Part shown: piece after piece, positions 47,525 to 59,774 of the stretch
How the letters are laid out: each line of letters begins with the position of its first letter
How positions within the stretch are numbered: position 1 is the first letter of the stretch
Assembly: GCF_004010195.1 (NCBI RefSeq)
Contig: NC_057755.1
Coordinates: 4,586,859 to 4,649,062, forward strand
DNA from: Chiloscyllium plagiosum
Lineage: Eukaryota
DNA: 62,204 bases
Direction: 5' to 3'
Translations under genes and position numbers: made by a program
The notes under the pieces: generated by a model
Databases searched by the model: none
Told to the model about the DNA's origin: nothing
Seen by the model: only the letters and a program-made list of their open reading frames with translations

Positions 47525-48110
47525 GGTGAAAGTGAGGCGCTGGAGCTCAGAGTCGGGAGTGCGGTGCTAGAAAAGCGCAGCAGGTCAGGCAGCATCAGAG
47601 GAGCAGCAGAATCGACGTTTCGAGCATAAACCCTTCATCAGGAATGAGGCCGGGAGCCTCCGAGGTGAAGAGACAAATGGGAGGAGGGTGGGGCTGAGAG
47701 TGCGATAGGTGGATGGAGGTGAGGGTGATAGCTTGGAGAGGAGGGCGGAGCGGATAGGTGGGAAAGAAGGTTGACAGGTGGGACAGGTCATGAGGGCGGT
47801 GCTGAGCTGGAAGGTTGGAACTGGTGTAAGGTTGGGGGGGGGGGGGAGGGAGGGCCAACGAGGAAACTGGTGAAGTCCACATTGATGCCCTGGGGTTGGA
47901 GGGTCCGGCGGCAGAAGATGAGGCGTTTTTAGCGGAAGGGGGGAGTTGAAGTCACGGGGCGGTGGGTTTGGCTGGTGCAGTGTCCCGGAGGTATTCTCTG
48001 AAGCGAGTAGGCGCCCTGCCTCCCCAATGTAGAGGAGATCTCATCGGGAGCGACGGATACAGGAAATGACGTGTGTGGAAGTGCGGGTGAAACTCTGATG
48101 GATGTAGAAG
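47525..48110 (-). mobile_element. Penelope-like element 3' fragment (endonuclease C-terminus plus terminal repeat with a hammerhead-like core at 47612-47643)
   Basis: The minus strand encodes RLIFCRRTLQPQGINVDF and reads CTGATGA A GGGT ttat GCTC GAAA CGTC. Confidence 0.75.
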
Positions 48111-48641
48111 GAAGTAGAAGTCTGTTTGAGACAAGTATGTGAAGCACAAAAGAGCTGGCTGAACCGAATTGGAAATTTCTCCTGAAAAAGTACTGGCCAG
48201 AGAGACAGTTAATTTGTTGCTTCCAATTTTCTAAAATTCCCTGTGTTCAAGGTATATTCTATTAGTTCAAAGTTTGGGAGAATATTCTATTAGACTGCAA
48301 AGTACCAAACATAACTCCTTTCAGGCAACAAGGGGAAGAGACAGGAATCAGGAAATTACATTGGCCGGTTCACTCAAATACAGCTTTCCCTCGCTATCCG
48401 AAAGTAGAGCGTTCCTGTGAAACCTTTGGTCAGCTGAAATGGCGGAAAGCAAAGCAGCATTAATCTCCATGGGGGAAAAAAAATTCACCCCTTTCCGTAA
48501 AAGCGAAAATCTCTTCGGATTCCTTTCGGTTCAGGGACGTGGGTCTCCCGTAAAAGCGAAACAGAGTCAGGGAGATGTACAGCACGGAAAGAGACCCTTC
48601 GGCCCAACACGTCCAGGCTGTCCCAGATATCCTAACCTAAT

Positions 48642-49312
48642 TCAAAGTCTGTGAGAAGATTTGTAGCTCGGGTGCTCGTTGTTGTGGCTCTGTTCGCCGA
48701 GCTGGGAATTTGAGTTGCAGACGTTTCGTCCCCTGCCTAGGTGACATCCTCAGTGCTTGGGAGCCTCCTGTGAAGCGCTTCTGTGATGTTTCCTCCGGCA
48801 TTTATAGTGGTTTGCATGTAGTGTTTTGTGCAGTCCTTGCATGGGATTGCAACGTAGTGTACAAAATCCCATGCAAGGACTGCACAAAACACTATATCGG
48901 ACAAACAGGAAGACAGCTAACGATCCACATCCATGAACATCAACTAGCCACAAAACGACACGACCAGCTATCCCTAGTAGTCACACACGCAGAAATGACA
49001 AGCAACATGAATTCGACTGGGACAACACTACTATTATAGGACAAGCCAAACAGAGAACAGCCAGGGAATTCCTAGAGGCATGGCACTCATCCACAGATTC
49101 AATCAATAAGCACATCGACCTGGACCCAATATACCGACCACTGCAGCGGACAGCTGGAACTGACAACCGGAAGCGGCAAATTCAAACAACTATAAATGCC
49201 GGAGGAAACATCACAGAAGCGCTTCACAGGAGGTTCCCAAACACTGAGGATGTCACCTAGGCAGGGGACGAAACGTCTGCAACACAAATTCCCAGCTCGG
49301 CGAATAGAATTA
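48642..49312 (+). mobile_element. Truncated Penelope-like retroelement: GIY-YIG endonuclease remnant between inverted terminal repeats, 10-bp TSD
   Basis: NVVYKIPCKDCTKHYIGQTGR...REFLEAWHS. Inverted repeats 48691-48813 and 49182-49306. ctaacctaat at 48632 and 49313. Confidence 0.92.
48717..48756 (-). ncRNA. Minimal hammerhead ribozyme-like motif
   Basis: GCA CTGAGGA T GTCACC taggca GGGGAC GAAA CGTC TGC, with stem I GCA/TGC. A second copy lies on + at 49241-49280. Confidence 0.7.
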
Positions 49313-50527
49313 CTAACCTAATCTAGCCCCATTTGCCAGCACTTGACCCATCTCCCTCTAACCCTTTCCTATTCATGTCCCCATCCACCTTTTAAATGCT
49401 GTCATTGTACCAGCCTCCACCACTTCCTCTGGCAGCTCATTCCATACACATACCACCCTCTGGGTGAAAAAGTTGCCCCTGAGGTCTCTTTCATATCTTT
49501 CCCCTCTTGCCCTAAACCTATGCCCCTCTAGTTCTGGACTCCCCCAACCCCAGGGAAAAGACTGTCTATTTACCCTATCCATGCCCCTCATGATTTTATA
49601 AACCTCTATAAGGTCACCCCTCAGCCTCTGACGGTCCAGGGAGGACAGCCTATAGCTCAAATCCTCCAACCCTGGCAACATCCTTGTAAATCTTTTCTGA
49701 ACCCTTTCAAGTTTCACAACATCTTTCCGATAGGAAGGAGACCAGAATTGCACACAATATTCCAAAAGTGGCCTAACCAATGTCCTGTCCAGATGCAACA
49801 TGACCTCCCAACTCCTGTACTCAATACTCTGACCAACAAAGGAAAGCATACCAAACGCCTTCTTCATAAAGTGGACTTTAAAAAAAAACGAGAGACCTGT
49901 ATGTCCTAGCAGCGGGGTTTGAAACAATTAAAGACACTCAGCCAGGCAGAAGGAACATAGCTTTACAAAGGAGAACTCATGTTTACCCAACTTATTGGGA
50001 GCTCTTTGGGGAAGTAACAGGTGCTACGGTCAAACAGGAACAATACATGTACTCGCGTTTTGATTTCTAAAGGCATTTGTTGAGACTGGTTTTGCAAAAC
50101 CGAAGCTCATGGCTTGGGAGGGAACATTGTAGTGAATAAAAGATCAGCTGCTTAACAGGAAGCAGACGGCATGAATGGGTCTTTTCCAGTTCAGTAGGAC
50201 GTAATGTGTGGTATGCCTCACATGGTGCCAAGTTCTTACAACTTGTAAAAATAGCTTGGATGGAGGGATGGAGAGAGCTGAAAATGTGTTGCTGGAAAAG
50301 CGCAGCAGGTCAGGATAGGTTAGTCAGCAGGGACAGCAAATAACCAGAAAAGCTAACAGAGTGGCATCTTTTATAGAGGACAATTGAATATAAAAGTAGG
50401 GAAGTATGCTTTTAGTTAGTGAGGGCATTGGTGTGCACAGTATTGAACTCCTTATTCGAAGGACGTAAATGCTTTACGAGTAGTCCAGGGGTGGTTTGCC
50501 CGTCTGAATGGACAGGTTAACTTAGGA

Positions 50528-50758
50528 GTCAAGATTAGAGCGGTGCTGGAGAAGCGCAGCAGGTCAGGCAGCATCCGAGGAGCAGGAAAATCGACGTTTC
50601 GGGCAAAAGCCCTTCATCGGGACTTTCATTCCTGAGGAAGGGCTTTTGCCCTTCACGTCGATTTTCCTGCTCCTCGGATGCTGCCTGACCTGCTGCGCTT
50701 CTCCAGCGCTGCACTGATCTAGATTCTGATCTCCAGCATCTGCAGGATCCACCTCTGC
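50528..50758. mobile_element. Palindromic Penelope-derived element with two opposed, mutated hammerhead cores
   Basis: ~90 bp inverted arms around actttcatt. Confidence 0.75.
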
Positions 50759-51109
50759 CGGGTTATCTTATGAGCTACGATTAGACTGGAGGGGCCTCCG
50801 GCCGATGAAGTTTAGAACAGCATTTTTCAATTAATTCAGCACTGACAAAATCCTTAAGCATTTTGATACAGAAAGGTGGGGGGGGGGGGAAAGAGGAGTC
50901 CTCTTGTGGAAGAATCTAGAAGCAGGGAGGGTCACTGTTTATAAAGTCAGCACAGAAATAAACCTCTACGAGATCACCCTTCAACCTCCTCCACTTCAGT
51001 AATCAAGGGTGACCCATATAAGAGAGGTGAAGGGAAATGTTTTGCTCAGAGGGTCACAAGTGTTTGAGATCTGAGTCAAAAGACAGTGGAAGCACAGCCT
51101 TTGATTAGT

Positions 51110-51575
51110 TTAGATTAGATTCCCCTACAGCGTGGAAACAGGCCCTTTGGCCCAACCAGTCCACACCGACCCTCCAAAGAGTAACCCATCCAGACACATT
51201 TCACTCTGACTAATGCACCTAACACTAAGGGACAATTTCCCATGGTCAATCCACCCTAACTTGCACATCCCTGGGCACTATGGGACAATTTCCCATGGCC
51301 AATCCACCATAACCTGCATATCCCTGGACACTATGGGACAATTTCCCACGGCCAATCCACCCGAACCTGCACATCCCTGGGCACTATGGGACAATTTCCC
51401 ATGGCCAATCCCACCCTAACCTGCACATCCCTGGACTGTGGAGGAAACCAGGGCAATCGGAGGAAACCCACGCAGACACGGGGGAGAATGTCCGTGTGGA
51501 GTTTGCAGCGACACCCCCGAGGGTGGGATCAGACCTGGGACCCTGGCGCTGTGAGGCAGCAGTGCTAACCACTGA
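51110..51575 (-). mobile_element. V-domain SINE with four 53-bp units
   Basis: Tail, tandem units, V-domain and tRNA head in order. Confidence 0.88.
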
Positions 51576-52651
51576 GGGGGAGGGGGGGCGGGGGGGGGGG
51601 TGCTTAAGGAAAGGAGGTGAAACATTACCAAAGATGAGCTGGAACGTGGAACTACCAGATCAGCCATGTCCCTCTGGACAGTGGAGCAGGTTGGAGGTGT
51701 TCAGTGGCTTAACTCCGGCTCCACTTGCCATGTGAGATAAACACCACGCTTTCAGAGGGAGAGCACCGAGATAGTGCTGCATTGTCGAAGGTGCCTGGGT
51801 TGGCTTGAAACCGTGGCGGCTGATGGGAACGGTTCAGCCGATGCCATTTTGAGCGTTTTTGTTTCACTGGTGACCCAGAGGCAATTCTTTACCCTGCCAG
51901 CAACAGCGCTGAACACACACAGTACACAGTTACAGGCAAAACCCCTCCCTCCAGTTTTCAAAAGTTCGCTCGATGCCATTTTACGAAAGACCAATGTTAG
52001 CACCTGCTTCCGCTAACCGAGAGAAATCCAAAGAGGATTTTCGCTTTTACAAAAATGGTTCCTGTATAAACGAATGAGTCTTCTTTCTGATAGTGATAGA
52101 AACCTGTATTAGGAGACTACCTTCTGCGAATTTGGGGTGTGCACACTGGCTGCAGTGTTTTCACCAGGCACTATGGGAAAGACAGTTATCAAGAGCCGCA
52201 GCTTGAGGGAGCTGGAAAGTGCTTTTCATTGACATTGCAAAAGGCGTTTTACATAAATGCTCTCAGTTGGGCAATCGCCGTCTAAAATTGGAATTGAGCA
52301 ACGCATTGTGAAAGTTGCAGCACAGATGCGAAACAGAGAAATGGTTAATCTGTGACTGGGTGGAGCTGAGACAGAGAGCGAGAGAAAGCCTGGCCGCCAG
52401 GGAGCGACCCTATCCAATACAACATCCGTGCAAAGTTGTGGAGATTATTGGTGATCCTTGCCCACCGTTGGGTCTGAAGTGCGGGGAAGCTGCAAGCAGA
52501 GAACAGCATGGGTCCAGGCTCCGAGTCAGCCGTGTGTCAGTGACTGAATCTGGATCACCCAGTTTCAAAAAGCAGAGAGTGATAGCACACTAAGCAAGAC
52601 CGCTTGTTACTCAATCTCTTCTTGAGTTTCGGAATTCCAGCCCCGGTTAAA

Positions 52652-52925
52652 ATCATAGAATCCCTACAGTGAGGGAACAGGCCATTCGGCCCAACACTGA
52701 CACTCTGAAACCTAACCCAAACCCATTCCCCTACCCTAATACCCTACATTAGCCCCTGACTAATGCACCTAAACTACACATCCCTGAACACTGGGGAAAT
52801 TTAGCATGGCCAATCGATCCTAAACTGCACGGCTTTGGACGGTGGGAGGAAACCGAAGCACCCGGAGGAAATCCACGCAGACACGGGGGAAAAATGTGCA
52901 AACTCCACACAGACAGACAGTCACC
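52652..52925 (-). mobile_element. V-domain SINE, 5'-truncated
   Basis: V-domain and tail. Confidence 0.85.
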
Positions 52926-53383
52926 CCAGGGTTCGGAGCACTGCAATGTACAGAAGCCTTGGTGAGCAAGCACGAGGGGTTCGGTGACTGTGGGGAGACC
53001 AGTGAAGCTGCGATTGTTCTCCTGCTGAAGGGCACTGATAGAAGGCCGAGATGTTCAAGATCAAGTGGGCTTTGCTTGAGTAAACGCAGAGGTAGTGACA
53101 ACCAGAGAGCACAGGACCAACGTCAAGTTGAAAGCCAAAGAGGAGGAAGTTTATTTGGTTGTTTCTGGAGTGGATTATCTTCAGACCATATGACCGCTAC
53201 GTGTCGAAGTGAAATAGGCCATTCAGTCCATCACATTTGCTCCGCCATTCGATGACTTCACGGCTGATCCACCAATCCTCAACTTTCCTGCCTTTGTCCC
53301 ACAACCCTCGATTCCCTTCCAGATTAGAAATCTGTCTAACTCAGCCCCTTCAGCACCAGGGATATATTTCCCTCCCCATCTGA

Positions 53384-53615
53384 TTAGATTAGATTACATT
53401 ACAGTGTGGAAACAGGCCCTTCAGCCCAACATGTCCACACCGACCCGCCGAAGCGCAACCCACCCATACCCCTACATTTACCCCTTACCTAACACTACGG
53501 GCAATTTAGCATGGCCAATTCACCTGACCTGCACATCTTTGGACTGTGGGAGGAAACCGGAGCACCCGGAGGAAACCCACGCAGACACGGGGAGAATGTG
53601 CAAACTCCACACAGT
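53384..53615 (-). mobile_element. V-domain SINE, 5'-truncated
   Basis: V-domain and (TTAGA)n tail. Confidence 0.88.
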
Positions 53616-54459
53616 CTATCTGCTTTCAAGGTGTCTGGATGGGTATACGAATAGGAAGAGTTTAGAAGGATATGGGCCAAATGCTGGCAAATGGCACTAG
53701 ATTAATCTAGGATATCTGGGCGGTATAAACAAGTTGGAACAAAGGGTCTGTTTCTATGCTGTACAGCTCTGACACTGTGACTTATGAAGCCTCATGGATT
53801 CAGGTCAAACAAGGTGAAGTTAAGTGTTCCCTTCCACTCCTCTGTTCAGTCAATACTCACTCATATTGAATTAGCTGACGTCTGAAGGGCATATCTGGTG
53901 CTCTGCATCAGTTGGTGAAGTGACAGCTCCCATTTATCCCTCCACCTCAGAGGCTCCCAGCCTTATTCCTGACGAAGGGCCTTTGCCCCAACCGTCTATT
54001 TTCCTGCTCCTCGGATGTTGCCTGACCTGCTGTGCTTTTCCAGCACCACTCTAATCTTGATTTCAATGTACTTGACCCCAGCCTTGACAGTACAAAGACA
54101 AAATACACAGACTCACGCTGCTCAGCTCTGGCTTAAACGTGCGCCGCCTTACTTAGATCATGTTGTCTGGCCCCACAAAGTGAAACAACCTCCCCGCATC
54201 GACCCTGTCAAGTCCCCTAAGGATTCTGATGCCCCTCATTCTTCTATACCCCCGCGAGTAAGGGCACAATCTACTCAAGGGTTGGCATGGGGAAATCCCT
54301 CCAAAAACTAGGGTTGACCCGAGTGAATCTTCACTGGACTACCCCAGTGCAAGTATCCAAGGGAACCAAAACTGTTCGCAGTATTCCACCTTCTCTTGTC
54401 CAGTTTTAGCATAATTTTCCACTCCATTCCCTCTGCAAAAGGCAGCCCATTGGACCGGA

Positions 54460-54740
54460 GTTTTGAGAAGATCTGTAGCTCAGGTAGAAGCATGGCATTC
54501 CTCCCAGAACTCGATCAACAAACACACTGAGTTAGACCCCATCTACCACCCCCTTGGGAAAAAAAAAGAGCAGAAAGTCACTTCACCACAGGAAATGACA
54601 TCACCAACCCAAAGAAACCCAAACATAAATAGAAAGCAGGAATCAGCAGTGCTTCGCCTGAGACCCACTGAAGAGGTTACCCAGTAGGGTGACGAAACGT
54701 CTGGAAATGAACCTTCCAGCTCAGCGAGCAAACCTACATG
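54460..54740 (+). mobile_element. Penelope-like 3' fragment with a hammerhead-like core (54665-54704)
   Basis: EAWHSSQNSINKHTELDPIYHPL, and CCA CTGAAGA G GTTACCC agta GGGTGAC GAAA CGTC TGG. Confidence 0.8.
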
Positions 54741-55084
54741 CACAAGGCCAATTGTCCATCTGCCTTTCCCATTCCCTGCTGAAGTCACATACTAGCTTTC
54801 CGTGAATTATGTCTGAGGACACCTGGTATGTGTAGAGCGGTCTCCCGCTCTCAAGGGGAGGCCTAGTGTGGTCTGGAGGCTAGGTGTTGGCGTGGACTGG
54901 GTTACAAAGACTAGTTGTTCTGAACTTTCTATTTCCTGTTCTAATTTATTCCTGAGACCTGCAATCCTATTTTTTGCATTTATTTTCTTAAGCATTTGTA
55001 CGGAAGAATCTCAAATGAGGGAAATTTGTGCCCAACACTGCACGATAAGGGGCAGCTTGTAAATACTGCACTGTACTCAGAGTG

Positions 55085-55612
55085 CTGTACAGCACAGAAA
55101 CAGACCCTTCGGTCCAACCCCTCCATGCTGTCCCAGATATCCTAACCTAACCTAGTCCCATTTGCCAGCACTTGGCCCATCCCCCTCTAACCCCTTCCTA
55201 TTCATGTCCCCATCCACCTTTTAAATGCTGTCATTGTACCAGCCCCCACCACTTCCTCTGGCAGCTCATTCCATACACGCACCACCCTCTGGGTGAAAAA
55301 GTTGCCACTTAGCTCCCTTTTAAATCTTCCCCCACTCACCTTAAACCTATGCCCTCGAGCTCTGGGCTCCCACCATCTTGTCTATCCACCCAATCCATGC
55401 CCCCTCATGGTTTTGTAAACCTCTATAAGGTCACCCCTCAGCCTCCGACGCTCCAGGGAAAACATCCCCCGGCCTGTTCAGCCTCTCCCTGTAGCTCAGA
55501 CCCTCCGACCCTGGCAACATCCTTGTCAATTTTTCCTGAATCCTTTCAAGTTTCACAACTTCCTTCCCATAGGAGGTAGGTTAGAATTGAACGTAGTATT
55601 CCAAAAGTGGTT
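55085..55612 (-). mobile_element. CR1 LINE 3' fragment
   Basis: Similar to 13549-14157. Confidence 0.9.
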
Positions 55613-55820
55613 AGCCATTCGAGTACGTGACAGTAAAGCTAATTCAGTTCAAACCCCTCTGTGCTCCAGCTTCCTGTAACGTGGAAAGAGTTTTGATTGG
55701 ATGCTTTCCTTTACGGAAAGGGCTAGAAGGGGTCAGAGTTCAAAAAGAAATGGTATCCCATTTACCATTGGGAGGAGGAGGAGGAGATTTTCCTCACAAA
55801 TGCGTTTTTGTAACTCTGCA

Positions 55821-56320
55821 NNNNNNNNNNNNNNNNNNNNNNNNNNNNNNNNNNNNNNNNNNNNNNNNNNNNNNNNNNNNNNNNNNNNNNNNNNNNNNNN
55901 NNNNNNNNNNNNNNNNNNNNNNNNNNNNNNNNNNNNNNNNNNNNNNNNNNNNNNNNNNNNNNNNNNNNNNNNNNNNNNNNNNNNNNNNNNNNNNNNNNNN
56001 NNNNNNNNNNNNNNNNNNNNNNNNNNNNNNNNNNNNNNNNNNNNNNNNNNNNNNNNNNNNNNNNNNNNNNNNNNNNNNNNNNNNNNNNNNNNNNNNNNNN
56101 NNNNNNNNNNNNNNNNNNNNNNNNNNNNNNNNNNNNNNNNNNNNNNNNNNNNNNNNNNNNNNNNNNNNNNNNNNNNNNNNNNNNNNNNNNNNNNNNNNNN
56201 NNNNNNNNNNNNNNNNNNNNNNNNNNNNNNNNNNNNNNNNNNNNNNNNNNNNNNNNNNNNNNNNNNNNNNNNNNNNNNNNNNNNNNNNNNNNNNNNNNNN
56301 NNNNNNNNNNNNNNNNNNNN
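55821..56320. other. Assembly gap (exactly 500 N)
   Basis: N run. Confidence 1.
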
Positions 56321-57078
56321 ACCTGCACATCCCTGGGCACTATGGGACAATTTCCCATGGCCAATCCACCCTAACCTGCACATCCCTGGGCACTATGGGA
56401 CAATTTCCCATGGCCAATCCACCCTAACCTGCACATCCCTGGGCACTATGGGACAATTTCCCATGGCCAATCCACCCTAACCTGCACATCCCTGGGCACT
56501 ATGGGACAATTTCCCATGGCCAATCCACCCTAACCTGCACATCCCTGGGCACTATGGGACAATTTCCCATGGCCAATCCACCCTAATCTGCACATCCCTG
56601 GGCACTATGGGACAATTTCCCATGGCCAATCCACCCTAACCTGCACATCCCTGGTCACTATGGGACAATTTCCCATGGCCAATCCACCCTAATCTGCACA
56701 TCCCTGGGCACTATGGGACATTTCCCATGGCCAATCCACCCTAATCTGCACATCCCTGGGCACTATGGGACATTTCCCATGGCCAATCCACCCTAACCTG
56801 CACATCCCTGGTCACTATGGGACAATTTCCCATGGCCAATCCACCCTAACCTGCACATCCCTGGGCACTATGTGACAATTTCCCATGGCCAATCCACCCT
56901 AACCTGCACATCCCTTGGCACTATGTGACAATTTCCCATGGCCAATCCACCCTAACCTGCACATCCTGGGCACTATGGGACACTTCCACATGGCCAACCC
57001 CACCCTAACCTGCACATCCCTGGGCACTATGGGACAATTTCCCATGGCCAATCCACCCTAACCCTGGGCACTATGGGA
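56321..57078. repeat. 53-bp SINE-derived tandem array (~14 copies)
   Basis: Unit acctgcacatccctgggcactatgggacaatttcccatggccaatccacccta. Confidence 0.97.
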
Positions 57079-57887
57079 GTTTTGGTGGAGGTGTTGACTG
57101 GCATGAAATGTTTTCGATAAGAATGAAATGCGATGAAAATGATTCCAGTGGCAGGAGGGTCAGTAATGAGAGCGACACGTAGCTGTAAGTGTGGTTGGCT
57201 TGGCCAGCGTTTATTACCCACCCCTAATTGTCTCCTGAGAAGGTGGTGAGCTACCATCATGGGCCAGTTGTGCTGAATGGCCTCTATCTTGTGTACATTT
57301 CATAATCATCTTATGATTCTAGCTGGTGGTAATGCCTGACAAGAATGAAACCTGGTCCTGATAGGTGCTAAGTTTTTTTTTAGTAGTAGTTGTTTCGGTG
57401 TGGTGATTTCTCTCTGAGCAAACTCACAAAAGGCTGCCAACATACTTCGGACAATGTCGCACCGAAGTCTGTGGCAAGCAAAGGGAAAGCCTGCTGTGCG
57501 GTACAAGAGGGATATGAGACTATTTTGTTACGAATAACAGAAATAAAGGCTAACTTTTTTCCCTCAACGACAGTCATAGGGATTCTCGATCGCAACGAAA
57601 ATCCGCCTTCTGTCCACTTCCAAGCTCCTTGGTCCAATCTCGTGAGTCATCCGAATATTCTGCCTCCGCTCAACGTTAGTTCAGGCCTCTTCCTGGGACC
57701 CTTGAACAAATTACAAACAAAACTCCTAACAGAGGTTTCTAAACCACTTCCACAGCGCTCTGCTTCAGAAGTTGCACTAAAGCACTCACTCCGAACTCCT
57801 ACTGCCTTGCTTGGTATGGAGTCCGCTCTGCTGTTAATGTAGATTTTCTCTCAAAAGAAGCCTCAGTTCTGTCTGTCTAAAGAATGA

Positions 57888-58620
57888 GGAGATTCCGGTG
57901 TTGGACTGGGGTGGGCAAAGTTAAAACCCCCACAACACCAGGTTATAGTCCAACAGGTTTATTTGGAAACACTAGCTTTCGGAGCGACGCTCCTTCATCA
58001 GGTGATTGTGGAGAATAAGATCATAAGGCACAGAATTTATAGCAAAAGTTTACAGTGAGATGTTACTAAAATTATATATTGAAAAAGACCTGGATTGTTT
58101 GTTAAGTCTCTCATCTTTTAGAATGAACATGTTGGTTTCAGTTCTTTCAAATGGAAATAGCACAACGTTTTAAAAAAAAAAATTACATTCTCAAGTGAAC
58201 TTGGTGTCACGTCGGCCCAGATAATGGATTGAAGGTGTGAGCTTTCCTGTGTCTCTCTCTCTCTCTCTCTCACTCTCTCTCACTCTCTCTCACTCTCTCT
58301 CACTCACTCACTCACTCACTCACTCACTCACTCACTCACACACACACACGCCCTCTCACACTTTCTCTCCCACACGTGCACTCTCGCTCACATACTGTCT
58401 CTCATGACTTGGAGATGCAGGTGTTGGACTGGGGTGGACAAAGTTAAAAATCACACAACACCAGGTTATAACCCCAACAGGTTTAACTGGAAGCGCTAGC
58501 TTTTGAGCGACGCTCCTTCACCAGGTGGTGGTGGTGATGATGAAGGAGCAGCGCTCCGAAAGCTAGTGCTTCCAATTAAAGCTGTTGGACTATAACCTGG
58601 TGTTGTGAGTTTTAACTTGG
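57888..58620 (-). mobile_element. Penelope-derived terminal repeats (direct and inverted) with hammerhead-like cores at 57970-58004, 58494-58526 and 58538-58568; CT/CACT microsatellite at 58252-58350
   Basis: Repeated ggtgttggactggggtgg...caccaggttata...ctagctttcggagc...gctccttcatcaggtg. Confidence 0.75.
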
Positions 58621-59191
58621 TCTTTCTAAGTGAAATCGATCCTGCCTGGTTGTGTCATTGGCATCAAGCTACTAGATAGCAGCACCCCAAATTGTTTATT
58701 TCGTCCATCTATGTTTCTAACGCAGAGAAGTATTCGCTTTAGGAGTTTTAAGGAGCTCATTTAAATGGCTATAATCAAACTTCCAGACAAGCTGAAAATA
58801 CTATGTACATAAAAGTTGCAGCTCTCCCCTTCCTTTTGAATTTCATAGGATATAAACCCAATTCCAACTGAAAACAACACGTCTGTTTGACATTGGAACC
58901 GAAGTTACTAATGAGTGATGACGATCACCCTTAACTTTCCTCACCTTCCTGACAAAAAAATAAACATGATGCAGAGTTTATCTGCCTTCGCTGGCTGTGT
59001 CCTCGAAATGCTGGTATCTGCAACTCCCTTCAGATCGAAGCCAGATTAGTGCGATTTTTTGTTTTTCCCTTTTGAAACGCTGGTATCTGGCCAAACGCGA
59101 CGAGTTGTTGCAGGCACAGGGGGGCAGCTCGATTATGGTATCGGCGCGGGGCACTTTGTTTTGTAAACACAGGACTCCCTGATCTTTGCAG

Positions 59192-59274
59192 AAAGATTTT
59201 CAAAGGCAGCGGATACGGATCTTCTACTGTCGACGCTGCAGGCCGAGGGAGCGAAGGTCGAGGAAGAGTCCGAG
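59192..59274 (+). CDS. VPS37B/C-like penultimate exon (RFSKAADTDLLLSTLQAEGAKVEEESE)
   Basis: tctttgcag|AA...GAG|gtgagc, 83 nt, phase 1-0. LQAEGAK.EE.SE is the Mod_r motif. Confidence 0.9.
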
Positions 59275-59774
59275 GTGAGCAGGTTCGGTTCTGTTCTCGC
59301 GGGGGAGTGGGGGCAGGCTGGTGGGTGGGCTCCTGGTGAGTGTGGCCTGGGTGGGGCAGAGCTCCGTCTCTCTCTCTCTCTCTCTCTCTCAGTCCCGTCG
59401 CTGGGCTGTAAATTTTCTTTGTTTTGTGGTCGTTGTTGCTGATCAGGCACCATCCAGTTCCATTTTCCAGCACGTCTAGGTACCGGAAGAGACCATTCAG
59501 CCCCTCCCCTTGAGCCTGTTCTGCCATTTAAGGAGATAACAGCTGATCATTGGCCTCACTCTGCATATCTGCCTTGAGCCCATATCCCTGAGAACCGCTG
59601 CTCAACGTTAATCTATCTGTCTCTGATTTAAATGTAACAGCTGATCCAGCATCCCCTGCTGTTTGTGGAAGAGTACCAAACCTCTCCCACCCTTGTGTGT
59701 GTGTCACAGTGCTTCCTAACGTCTATCCTGAACACTGTGGGTCCTCATTCTCAGACTCTGCTCGCTCTCATAGT

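Larger units (their letters stand above)
48565..49870 (-). mobile_element. CR1 LINE 3' fragment interrupted by the Penelope insertion
   Basis: LVRPLLEYCVQFWSPSYRKDVVKLERVQKRFTRMLPG. Confidence 0.93.
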
